Below are positions 9,065 through 19,190 of a stretch of 23,664 bases of DNA, one piece after another (within the stretch, counting starts at the first letter, position 1; each line of letters starts with the position of its first letter). The stretch is taken from NCBI GenBank assembly GCA_963749705.1, contig CAVVNQ010000022.1, positions 1-23,664 of the forward strand, given 5' to 3'. The DNA is from an uncultured Chloroflexia bacterium. Lineage in GTDB: Bacteria; Chloroflexota; Limnocylindria; Limnocylindrales; CSP1-4. Under the pieces are notes generated by a model that did no database searches, was not told where the DNA came from, and saw only the letters and a list, made by a program, of their open reading frames with translations. A program made the translations under genes and the position numbers.

Positions 9065-10542
9065 GCCGGGACCGGCTCCCGCGCCCCCTCCTCGATCGCA
9101 CCGCCCAGGCGCGCGCGCACCGTCGCAGCGGCGACGTGCGCCTGCGAGATGCAGTCGGGCAACCCCACGCCGCGGTACGAGGCACCGGTCGTGATGACCG
9201 CGGGCCAGGTGGTCATGGCCGCCTCGATGGCCGCCACCCGGCCGAGATGACCGACGGTGTAGCGGGGCATCGCGCCCGCGTTCCGGTACACGCGAACCAG
9301 CGACGGCGGCCCGGCGATCCGGAGCGTCTGCTCGGCGTCGGTGCGTGCGGCGGCCACCAGTTCCGCCTCGGGCATCGAGGTCCAGCTGCCCTCGTCGCGC
9401 ACGAACATGCGAAGCAGCAGGGTGTCGGCCGGCGCCCGGTCGGGCCACTTCTCGGACGACCAGGTACACGCGGCGATCGCGCCGCCCTCGGTCGGCGGGA
9501 CGAGATAGCCGTGGCCGACGATCGCGCGCCCCACGCTCGCTCGCGGATACGCGAGCGTGACCAAAATGCTGGTTCCGTGCGGGATCGTCCGCAGCACCCG
9601 CGAGGCGCCCGGGACCTCGTCATCGAGCAGCGCCGCCGCAGGTGGCGCCGGAGTGGCGAGGATCACCGCGTCGAAGCGGCCGGCCGTCCCGTCCGCGAAC
9701 GTGGCGCTCACGCCCGCACCCGCACGCGCAAGGCTCCGGACCGCCAGGCCCGTCCGGATGTCCACCCCCGCCTCGGCCAGCGAGGTCGCGAGCACATCGA
9801 TGAGCGTGTCCATGCCACCCCGGAGGCTCGCGAACACGCCCAGCGGCTTCGGCATCGGCCCTGGTCCGGCGATCGGCGCCGTCGCCGCGGCAGACCTCGC
9901 CGCGGCAGCCCTCGCTGCAGCTGCACGCCGCATCGCCCGGCCGTCGGCAAGCCCCGCGAGCAGCAGGCTCCGGTGGTCGCGCTCGGCGGCTCGCAGCTGG
10001 GGAACCACCGCGTCCAGGCTGAGCTCGTCGATCGGCGTCCCGTAGACGCCGCCGACCAGGGGCCCGGCCAGCCGGTCCACCAGCGCGTTCCCGAGACGGC
10101 GCCGCAGGAACGTGCCCACGGCGACGTCATCGTCATCGAGCACGCGGCGCCAGGCGACATCCTTCGCCATCCGCGCCTTCTCGGGCCACGAGAACAGCCG
10201 CGTCCGCGCGAACGGCATTGCCCGCGTGGGCAGCACCAGGCCCAGCCCCTCGGGCATCGGGACCAGGTCGCCGCGGTGGCGGATGTAGACCGCCCGCGGG
10301 TTCCTCGTGCCCACCAGCGCGTCGGCCAGGCCGAGCTCGCGCGCCAGGGCGACGGCCGCGGGGCGCGTGGTCAGGAACGAGTCCGGGCCACGCTCGATCA
10401 CCAGGCCCTCGACCCGCTCGGTCGACACCTTGCCCCCCAGGCGGTCGCCCGCCTCGACGAGCGTGACGGGAACACCGTCGCGGGCCAGCTCCCGGGCGGC
10501 GGCGAGCCCGGTGATCCCGCCACCGACGATGAGGACGCTCAT
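9058..10542 (-). CDS. hemY: Coproporphyrinogen III / protoporphyrinogen oxidase (HemY/CgoX)
   Basis: Motifs VLIVGGGITGLAAA, RLGGKV, IERGPDSFL, GHGYLVP, WSSEKWP.RAP, MPRYTVGH and GVGLPDCI. Last gene of the hem operon. Confidence 0.95.
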   Translation of the reverse strand: MSVLIVGGGITGLAAARELARDGVPVTLVEAGDRLGGKVSTERVEGLVIERGPDSFLTTRPAAVALARELGLADALVGTRNPRAVYIRHRGDLVPMPEGLGLVLPTRAMPFARTRLFSWPEKARMAKDVAWRRVLDDDDVAVGTFLRRRLGNALVDRLAGPLVGGVYGTPIDELSLDAVVPQLRAAERDHRSLLLAGLADGRAMRRAAAARAAAARSAAATAPIAGPGPMPKPLGVFASLRGGMDTLIDVLATSLAEAGVDIRTGLAVRSLARAGAGVSATFADGTAGRFDAVILATPAPPAAALLDDEVPGASRVLRTIPHGTSILVTLAYPRASVGRAIVGHGYLVPPTEGGAIAACTWSSEKWPDRAPADTLLLRMFVRDEGSWTSMPEAELVAAARTDAEQTLRIAGPPSLVRVYRNAGAMPRYTVGHLGRVAAIEAAMTTWPAVITTGASYRGVGLPDCISQAHVAAATVRARLGGAIEEGAREPVPAA

Positions 10543-10570
10543 CGGATTGCGCGCGGCGCCGCGGCCGCGA

Positions 10571-11801
10571 TCAGCCCGCAGCCGCCGCGGCGGCGGGGAC
10601 GATCCCATACTGCGGGACGTTGCCCGACGGCACGTACGGGCACAGCGGGTCGGCCTCGAGCGGATCGCCCGTCCACGCCCACGCGCGCGCCCTCGAGCCC
10701 CCGCAGATCCGCGCGTACTCGCATGCCCCGCAGCGACCCTTGAAGCCCTCGGGCCTGCGCAGGTCCCGCATCACCGGGTGGTCCCGGTACAGGTCGACGA
10801 TGCTCGCCTCGCGAACGTTGCCCAGCGGGATCGGCAGGAAGCCCGACGGGTTGACCGTCCCGTCGTGGCTGATGAACACGATCCCGTTGCCGTCGCGGAT
10901 GCCGAACCCGCGACCGACGGACGAGCCGGCGATCGCGTCCGCGTCCATCCCGTCGGCCTCCATCGCACGGACGGCGATCCGGCGGTAGTGCGTGGCCTCG
11001 GTCGTCTTGACCTGGAACGGCGCCGTCTTCGACAGCCCCCACAGCCACTGGTTGAGCTTCTCCGACTCGCCCGGCGACACCTCGCGGAGCGCGGACCCGC
11101 GGCCGGTGGTGATCAGCATGAACAGCGCCCAGCGCAGGATGTCCATGCCCTTGAGCAGCTCGTAGATCGCCGGCAGGTCCGCCAGCGTCTCGTCGGTGAC
11201 CAGCGTGTTGACCTGGATCGGCAGGCCCGCGGCGCGCGCCCACCTCGCCGCCTGGAGCGTCTTGTCGAACGTGCCCGGGACCATCCGGAACCCGTCGTGA
11301 CGCTGCGCATCGGAGCCGTCGATCGAGAGCGAGATGTTCTGGATCCCCGCGTCGCGCAGCGACTCCAGGACCGGCTGGGTCAGGAGCGGAGTGGCCGCAG
11401 GCGCCAGCGACGCGCCGATCCCGCGTGCGGTCGCGGCGCGGACGAGGTCGTGGAGGTCGGGGCGGTTGAGCGGGTCGCCGCCGGTGAACACGACGTGCGG
11501 GTACGGGACGGCCGAACCCGGTGATGTCGTCGAGCAGGCGGTACCCCTCCTCGATCGTCAGCTCGAGCGGGTTCCGTTCGGCCTGCGCGGTGGCACGGCA
11601 ATGGCGGCAGGCGAGCCCGCAGGCGAGCGTCGTCTCCCAGTACACGAGCATCGGGGCCCGGGCGTAGACGTAGCCGTCGGCGCGAACGGCGCCCACGCCC
11701 GTGATGCCACCGGGATGGCCGCCAGGGTGCCCGCCGGGGTGTCCGCCCGGATGGCCATTTCCGGGGTGTCCGCCGGGTGCACGGTCCGTGATCGTCGTCA
11801 T
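10571..11801 (-). CDS. Radical SAM/SPASM protein, TIGR04053-like (NirJ/AhbD-related), with an apparent +1 frameshift near 11505-11507
   Basis: The 5' part (ATG 11801, overlapping the hemH stop) has VYWETTLACGLACRHCRA (CxxxCxxC). The 3' part has FTGGDPL, SLSIDG, TTEATHYRR and GRCGACEYARICGGSRARA...DPLCPY. The span is 3n+1, and removing one G from GGG at 11505-11507 joins the halves as FGRPYPHVVFTGG. Confidence 0.85.
11706..11774 (-). repeat. Coding repeat of five GHPG units at the radical SAM N-terminus
   Basis: Translation GGHPGNGHPGGHPGGHPGGHPGG, with different synonymous codons in the units. Confidence 0.9.
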
Positions 11802-12748
11802 CGGATGTCTCCTCCGGCCGCCGCGGCGACCGTCTCGGGGGCCAGCGCCGCGGCGGCGAGATCGGCCAGCCCGGCGATGAAGGTGGGGTCGGTGTTCATC
11901 GAGCGCGCCCGTTCGAGCCGGATGCCCGCCTCGCGGGCGACCGCCTGCGCCTCGATGTCGATGTCGTAGAGCACCTCGAGGTGATCCGCCACGAACCCGA
12001 TCGGCCGGATCACGAGGTCGGCGACACCGTCGGCGGCCAGGCGCCGGATCTCGTCGAGGATGTCGGGGCCGAGCCACGGCTCGCCCGTCCGGCCGGCGCT
12101 CTGGAACGCGAAGTCGTAGCGCTCGAGGCCAAGCCGTTCCGCCACCAGCCGGGCCGTACCCGCGAGCTCGTCGGGGTAGGGGTCGCCGTCGGCGAGGACG
12201 CGGGCGGGCAGGCTGTGCGCGGTGAACATGACGCGCACGGTTGAGGCGTCGTCGAACCGGTCCAGCGCCTCGCGCGTGGTCGCCGCCATCGCCTCGATGA
12301 ACCGCGGCTGGTCGTACCACGAGTCGACGAAGACGACTGCCGGAGCGCCATCGCCGAGCGAGGACAGCGCCCCGTCGACCGCCCGGCGATACCCGGCGGC
12401 GTTGGACGACCTCTGGGGCGCCAGGGCGATGGCGACGAGGCGCTCGACACCGTCCGCCGCCATCCGGGCGACCACGTCGCCGATCCGCGGCTCGATGTGG
12501 CGCATCCCCGCGTATACCGGCATGGGTCGATCGCGAGCCGCCAGGTCCGCCTCGACCGCCGCTCGCTGCGCCTCGACGATCCGCGACAGCGGCGAGCCGC
12601 CGCCGATCGCCCGGTAGCGCCCGAGCAGCTCCTCGAGCAGGTGCGGCGGCGGCGGGCTGCCGCGCCGGATGTCGGTGTAGTAGGCCTCCACCTGGTCGAG
12701 CCGGTCGGGGCTGCCATAGGCCATCAGCAGGACGGCGTCGTGGGTCAT
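11798..12748 (-). CDS. hemH: Ferrochelatase (coproporphyrin ferrochelatase CpfC, Bacillus-like type; 316 aa)
   Basis: Motifs VLLMAYGSP, YYTDIRRG, RYRAIGG.SPL, FTAHSLP, FQSAGRTGEPWLGPD and GFVADHLEVLYDID. ATG at 12748 overlaps the hemE stop. Confidence 0.95.
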   Translation of the reverse strand: MTHDAVLLMAYGSPDRLDQVEAYYTDIRRGSPPPPHLLEELLGRYRAIGGGSPLSRIVEAQRAAVEADLAARDRPMPVYAGMRHIEPRIGDVVARMAADGVERLVAIALAPQRSSNAAGYRRAVDGALSSLGDGAPAVVFVDSWYDQPRFIEAMAATTREALDRFDDASTVRVMFTAHSLPARVLADGDPYPDELAGTARLVAERLGLERYDFAFQSAGRTGEPWLGPDILDEIRRLAADGVADLVIRPIGFVADHLEVLYDIDIEAQAVAREAGIRLERARSMNTDPTFIAGLADLAAAALAPETVAAAAGGDIR

Positions 12749-13820
12749 CGGGACGCTCCATGGTCGTGGACGAGGTCGACGACGCGGGCGAGGGCGTCGG
12801 GATCGGTGCCCGGCAGGACGCCGTGTCCCAGGTTGAAGATGTGGCCCGGCCGGCCGTCGTTCTGGTCGAGGATCCAGCGGGCGCTCTCCTCGACGGCATC
12901 CCACGGGCCGAGCAGCAGGGTCGGGTCCAGGTTCCCCTGGACCGCGCGGTCGCCGACCAGCTCGCGCCCGTCATCGATGGCGATCCGCCAGTCGAGCCCG
13001 ATCACGTCGCCGCCCGCTGCGGCCTGCTGGCGGAGGATCCCGGCCGTGCCGACGCCGAAGTGGATGATGGGCACGTCGAGCGGGGCGATGCCATCGAACA
13101 GGCGCCGCATCCACGGCGCGAGTCGGCGCTCGTAGTCGAGCGGGCTCAGGCCGCCGACCCAGGAATCGAACACCTGGACGGCCTCGGCGCCCGCGGCGAC
13201 CTGCGCCGACAGGTACCGGATGGTGGTCTCGACCAGCTGGTCCAGCAGGGCAGCCCACGCCTCGGGGTTCTCGTGCATCAGCCGCTTGGTGTGCAGGAAG
13301 TCGCGCGACGGGCCACCCTCGACGAGGTAGCACGCGAGCGTGAACGGCGCCCCGGCGAACCCGATCAGCGGCACAGGTGATTCGGCGCGGACCAGACGGA
13401 TCGCCTCGAGCAGGGCTGGGACCGCTGCCTCGGGCTGGAAGGTGCGAAGCGCCCGGACGTCCGCGATCGTGCGCACCGGGTGCTCGATGACCGGGCCGAC
13501 GCCCTCCCGGATGTCGAACGCGACCCCCATCCCGGCGAGCGGCGTCGTGATGTCCGCGAACAGGATCGCGGCATCGACGCCCAGGCGCCGGACCGGCTGG
13601 AGCGTGACCTCGGCGCACAGGGCCGGGTCGCGGGTGATCTCGAGCAGGGTGGCCCGTTCGCGGACCTTGCGGTATTCGGGGAGGGCCCGGCCCGCCTGGC
13701 GCATGAACCACACCGGCGTTGCGTCCACGCGCTCGCTGCGGGCGGCGCGCAGGAACCGCGCATCCGGGCGAGGCTCGGGAGCCGGGGCGACGGGGAGCGG
13801 CCCTCGCAGCGCCTTCACGG

Positions 13821-13824
<4 letters not shown>
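12745..13824 (-). CDS. hemE: Uroporphyrinogen decarboxylase
   Basis: Motifs PVWFMRQAGR.LPEY, DAAILFADI, LIGFAGAPFTLA.Y, QVFDSW, VQGNLDP and HIFNLGHG. Confidence 0.97.
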
Positions 13825-15134
<1,310 letters not shown>

Positions 15135-15136
15135 GA

Positions 15137-16180
15137 TCAGGACTCCCGGGACCAGGCCGCGAGGTCGCCGGCGGCATAGGTGATCACGAAGCCGGCACCG
15201 GCCCGCAGGATGGCGGTCGTGCTCTCGGTCAGGGCGCGGCGCCGGTCGAGCCAGCCGCGCTCGGCCGCCGCTTCGATCGAGGCATACTCCCCGCTCACCT
15301 GGTACGCCCCGATCGGGACGTCAAAGCGGCGCCGCGCCTCGGCCAGGATGTCGAGCGACGGCAGCGCCGGCTTGACCAGCAGCATGTCCGCACCCTCGGC
15401 GAGGTCGATCGCCATCTCGCGCATCGACTCCCGCCCGTTGGCCGGATCCATCTGGTAGCCGCGCCGGTCCCCGAACGACGGGGTGGATCCTGCGGCGTCA
15501 CGGAACGGGCCGTAGAAGGCGGACGCCGTTTTCGCGGCGTAGGCGAGGATCGCCGTGTCGTGGTACCCGTCGGCGTCCAGCCCGCGACGGATCGCGGCAA
15601 CCTGGCCGTCCATCATCCCGCTGGGCGCGACGATGTCGGCGCCTGCCTCGGCCTGCGAGGCGGCGGTCCGCGCGTACAGCTCGATCGTGGCGTCGTTGTC
15701 GACCCGCCCGTCGGCGAGCAGCGGCCCGCAGTGGCCGTGATCCGTGTACTCGCACAGGCACGTGTCGGCGATCAGGACCATGTCCAGGTCCGCATCGCGA
15801 AGCCGGCGCAGCGCCTCCTGGACGATCCCGTCCGCGACCCAGCCGCCGGTGCCCACGGCGTCCTTCCCGGCCGGGAGCCCGAACAGGATCAGGCCGCCGA
15901 CGCCCGACGCGGCGAGCGCCCGAGCGTCGCGCACGGCCTCGTCAGGGGTCACGCGCTCCACGCCGGGCATCGAGCCCACGGGATCGCGGCGTCCGTGTCC
16001 GGGCTGGACGAACAGCGGCGCGACCAGCTGGCGGGGATGGATCCGCGTCTCGCGCACGAACGCGCGCAGCGCGTCGGTCCGGCGCGTGCGGCGGAGCCGG
16101 TGGGCGGGATCGGGGACGACCACAGCGTCGTCGCCGGTGGATGGATCGGCGACGGCCGGCCGATCGGCGATGAGGCTCAT
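15137..16180 (-). CDS. hemB: Porphobilinogen synthase (Zn-dependent type)
   Basis: Motifs DTCLCEYTDHGHCG, APSGMMDG, SAFYGPFRDA, YQMDPAN, LVKPA and AYQVSGEY. Confidence 0.97.
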   Translation of the reverse strand: MSLIADRPAVADPSTGDDAVVVPDPAHRLRRTRRTDALRAFVRETRIHPRQLVAPLFVQPGHGRRDPVGSMPGVERVTPDEAVRDARALAASGVGGLILFGLPAGKDAVGTGGWVADGIVQEALRRLRDADLDMVLIADTCLCEYTDHGHCGPLLADGRVDNDATIELYARTAASQAEAGADIVAPSGMMDGQVAAIRRGLDADGYHDTAILAYAAKTASAFYGPFRDAAGSTPSFGDRRGYQMDPANGRESMREMAIDLAEGADMLLVKPALPSLDILAEARRRFDVPIGAYQVSGEYASIEAAAERGWLDRRRALTESTTAILRAGAGFVITYAAGDLAAWSRES

Positions 16181-17943
16181 CGAGCTCCTCCGGGAGTGAG
16201 GCCGGCGGCGTACGCGACCGGCGGGGCGAGGACATCGGTCTGGTCGAGCAGCGGGGTGTGGCTCGCCGAAACCCCGAGGGAGGTAGCGACGAACCGGGCG
16301 AGGTCGGCTGCTGCGGGCGACGGGGCGACGAGGACGGTGGCGAAGCCGAGCGAGCGCGCGGCCTCCGCGGTGGGCGCGCCGATCGCCACGACCGGCGTCG
16401 CTCGCAGCCGTTCGTGCGTCTCGGGCTCCGAGGCCAGGGCGAGCAGCCCGCGCACGGTGGATCCGCTGGTGAGCACCAGGGCGTCGATCGGGCCGTCGTC
16501 GAGGGCATCGGCGAGCAGCGCCCGCGAGGCCTCGGGGCCTTCGACGGTGCGGTAGGCGATCACCTCGGTGACCGTGGCGCCACGCGCCTCGAGGGCAGCC
16601 GGCAGCGCGGAGTCGGCAATGTCGGAGCGCGGCAGCACGACGCGGTCACCGGCCTCGATCGGCAGCTCGCGGGCCAGCACTCGTCCGCTCGCGGTCGACG
16701 GCCGGAACGCCACACTGATCCCAGCAGCACCGAGGATGGTGGCCGTGCCGTCGCCGATCGCGCTCCACCGACGGCGACGAGGATCGATCCCGCTCCGGAT
16801 GACCGCCTCGACCGCCGCCACGGCCGCGTTGCGGCTGGTGATCACGAGCCAGTCGCCCGAACCACCGCCGGCCAGCGCCCTGTCCAGCGCGCCGTCCGGC
16901 ACGGCCGGCAGGATCTCGATGGCCGGGACGTTGACGGCGGCGACGCCGGCGTTCTCGAGCGCGGCAAGGAGCGGCTGCGCCTGGCCCGCCGCCCGGGCGA
17001 CCAGCACCCGGGGAGCGCGGCGCAGCGTCACGATGCGCGCCGCCAGGCGCTCCGCCAGGGCGAGATGATCAACGGCGGGTGCCTCCCCGCCGACCCGGAC
17101 GACCGGGGACGGGGCGATCGGCGAATTGGGCGTCGGTGTCCATTCGCGTTCGGCCGCAGCCACCAGCCGGAGCCGCCCGCGCGAGACCGTCCCGATCGCG
17201 CCGATCGGCGACCGGCAGCCACCGCCGGTCGCGTTGAGCAGCGCCCGCTCGGCCACGACCGCCACGCGCGTCGCCGGGTCGTCGAGCCGCCCGACGGCCT
17301 CGATCGCGCGGGCGTCGTCCGAGCGCACCTGGATCGCGAGCGAGCCCTGGCCCGGCGCGGACACGACCTGGCCCGACGGCAGGATCTCGTCGATCCGGTC
17401 AGCCCGGCCGAGCCGCGTGAGCCCGGCGACCGCGAGCACCAGCGCGTCGCTGTCGCCGCGGTCGAGCTTGGCCAGCCGCGTGTCGACGTTCCCGTGCAGC
17501 GGGTGCATCTGCAGATCGGGCCGGAGCGCATGGAGGAAGGCGGTGCGGCGCGGGCTGTCGGTGCCGACGCGTGCACCCTCGGGCAGCGTGGCCAGCGTCG
17601 TGCCCCGGATGCGGCACACCAGCGCGTCGCGCGGGTCCTCGCGCGGCGGGTAGGCGGCGATCACCAGGCGCGCGTGCTCGTCCGTCGGGACGTCCTTCGC
17701 GCTGTGGACGGCGATGTCCACGGACCCGTCGAGCAGGGCGCCGACGATCGCACCCACGAACGCGCCTTCGCCCCACGCGGTGTCGATCGGTCGATCATCG
17801 CCCTCGGTCCGGATGATCACGAGGTCGGCCGGCACGCCGTCCTCGGCCAGCCGCGCGGCAACCCAGCGCGCCTGGACGAGGGCAAGGGGGCTGCCACGGG
17901 TGCCGATGCGAAGCGCGACGGTCATCTCGGGATCCACGGGCAT
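16177..17943 (-). CDS. hemC: Fused hydroxymethylbilane synthase / uroporphyrinogen-III synthase (HemC-HemD, 588 aa)
   Basis: N-terminal HemC motifs: LRIGTRGSPLALVQA, DIAVHSAKDVP, REDPRDAL, GNVDTRL.KL, GGCRSPIG. C-terminal HemD motifs: LVITSRNA, AIGDGTA, V.EVIAYRT, LTSGSTV, AIGAPTA. One continuous frame; ATG at 17943 overlaps the hemA stop (TGATG). Confidence 0.93.
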   Translation of the reverse strand: MPVDPEMTVALRIGTRGSPLALVQARWVAARLAEDGVPADLVIIRTEGDDRPIDTAWGEGAFVGAIVGALLDGSVDIAVHSAKDVPTDEHARLVIAAYPPREDPRDALVCRIRGTTLATLPEGARVGTDSPRRTAFLHALRPDLQMHPLHGNVDTRLAKLDRGDSDALVLAVAGLTRLGRADRIDEILPSGQVVSAPGQGSLAIQVRSDDARAIEAVGRLDDPATRVAVVAERALLNATGGGCRSPIGAIGTVSRGRLRLVAAAEREWTPTPNSPIAPSPVVRVGGEAPAVDHLALAERLAARIVTLRRAPRVLVARAAGQAQPLLAALENAGVAAVNVPAIEILPAVPDGALDRALAGGGSGDWLVITSRNAAVAAVEAVIRSGIDPRRRRWSAIGDGTATILGAAGISVAFRPSTASGRVLARELPIEAGDRVVLPRSDIADSALPAALEARGATVTEVIAYRTVEGPEASRALLADALDDGPIDALVLTSGSTVRGLLALASEPETHERLRATPVVAIGAPTAEAARSLGFATVLVAPSPAAADLARFVATSLGVSASHTPLLDQTDVLAPPVAYAAGLTPGGAR

Positions 17944-19190
17944 CACAGCGAGAACAGGGCTCGGGCGGCACGTTCCAGGTCGCCGGTCGAGTCGTCGCGC
18001 AGCGTGGCCAGCGGGTCGTGCAGCAGGCCCGCCACCAGCCGATGGCTCATCTGCTCGACCAGCTCCCGCTGGTGGTCGGCGAGGTCGAGCCGCCGGAACA
18101 GGCGATCCAGCTCCTCCAGCCGGCGCGTCTCCGCGCGATCGCTGAGGGCCTGGATCGCCGGGACGCTGTTCCGCGTGGCGACCCACTGGCTGTACTTTGC
18201 CTCCGCGGCGTCCAGCACCCGCTCGAACCGCCGGCGAAGCCGCGCGCGCATCTCGTCGTGCGGGTTCCGGGCAAGGTCGTCGACCGACACGTGCCGCCCG
18301 GCGATCCGGGCGCGGAGATCCGGGTCGAGCGCGGGCGGCGATGACAGGTCGGCAACCGGAAGTTCGTTCGCGATGAGCGCGGATCGCGCGACGGACGACA
18401 GTGGCCAGCGGGCGCTGATCGCGACCACGACCGCGTCCACCTCCGGCAGGGCTGCATCCGATCCGAATGCCGCCGGCTCGCCGTTGACGTCGTACGCCAG
18501 CGCCGCCGCTCGTTCGCTGCTGCGATTGGCGACCAGGACGTGGGCGCCCTGCCGTGACGCCGAGACGGCTGCCAGCCGGGCCATGCGTCCGGCACCGACG
18601 ACGAGGACCTTGCGTCCGAGCAGCGGCCCGGTGAACGGGAGAAGGCGGTCGAGCGCAGCGTCGGCAAGCGAGCGCGGCGGACCTTCGCGCCATGAGCGTG
18701 TCTCGCGGCCAAGGTGGAGCGCGATCTGGAACAGGCGCTCGAGAGCCGGGTGCAGCCCGATGGCATGCGAGCTCGCCGAGCCGATCGGTTCGGGGCATCG
18801 TTCGGCGCCCGGAACACGTCGATCGGAGAGGCACTCGCGCAGCTGGTGGAGGATCTGATCCTCGCCCACCACCACCGAATCGAGGCCCGCCGCCACCGTG
18901 AACAGGTGCCGGGCCGCGGCGGCACCCTCGAGCCGGCGACCGCCGCGCGGCAGGGCAGGCAGGGGTGGCAACGGATGGCCATCGAGGGGTTCATCGACGA
19001 CGTACAGCTCAGCGCGATGGCAGGTGCGAACGAGGATCGCGCGCGGATCATCGGCGATCGATGCGGCCGCAGCGGCGAACGCCTCGCGCTCGTCGCTCTC
19101 GACATGGCGCGCGTGGAGCACGAGGGCGAGCACGTGCAGACGCAGATCTGCGCGGGGGTCGGTCACGGAGGGATCGCGGGGATCGGTCAC
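17943..19190 (-). CDS. hemA: Glutamyl-tRNA reductase (divergent)
   Basis: TCHRAELY (canonical TCNR.E.Y), AGLDSVVVGEDQIL.Q, NADPH motif VLVVGAGRM, VANRS and C-terminal LLHDP. First enzyme gene of the operon. Confidence 0.9.
   Translation of the reverse strand: MTDPRDPSVTDPRADLRLHVLALVLHARHVESDEREAFAAAAASIADDPRAILVRTCHRAELYVVDEPLDGHPLPPLPALPRGGRRLEGAAAARHLFTVAAGLDSVVVGEDQILHQLRECLSDRRVPGAERCPEPIGSASSHAIGLHPALERLFQIALHLGRETRSWREGPPRSLADAALDRLLPFTGPLLGRKVLVVGAGRMARLAAVSASRQGAHVLVANRSSERAAALAYDVNGEPAAFGSDAALPEVDAVVVAISARWPLSSVARSALIANELPVADLSSPPALDPDLRARIAGRHVSVDDLARNPHDEMRARLRRRFERVLDAAEAKYSQWVATRNSVPAIQALSDRAETRRLEELDRLFRRLDLADHQRELVEQMSHRLVAGLLHDPLATLRDDSTGDLERAARALFSL

Noticed and set aside
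5279-11801. RiPP cluster made of C39-like peptidases plus a SPASM radical SAM enzyme
   Set aside because: The genes are on opposite strands and separated by mutY, the LLM gene and hemY. No precursor peptide, RRE or transporter is present, and the radical SAM gene is coupled to hemH.
10539-12974. 811-aa ORF suggesting a giant radical SAM fusion
   Set aside because: Only 11801 to about 11508 is real coding sequence (the radical SAM N-terminus). The rest is an alternative frame over hemE, hemH and the shifted part of the radical SAM gene.
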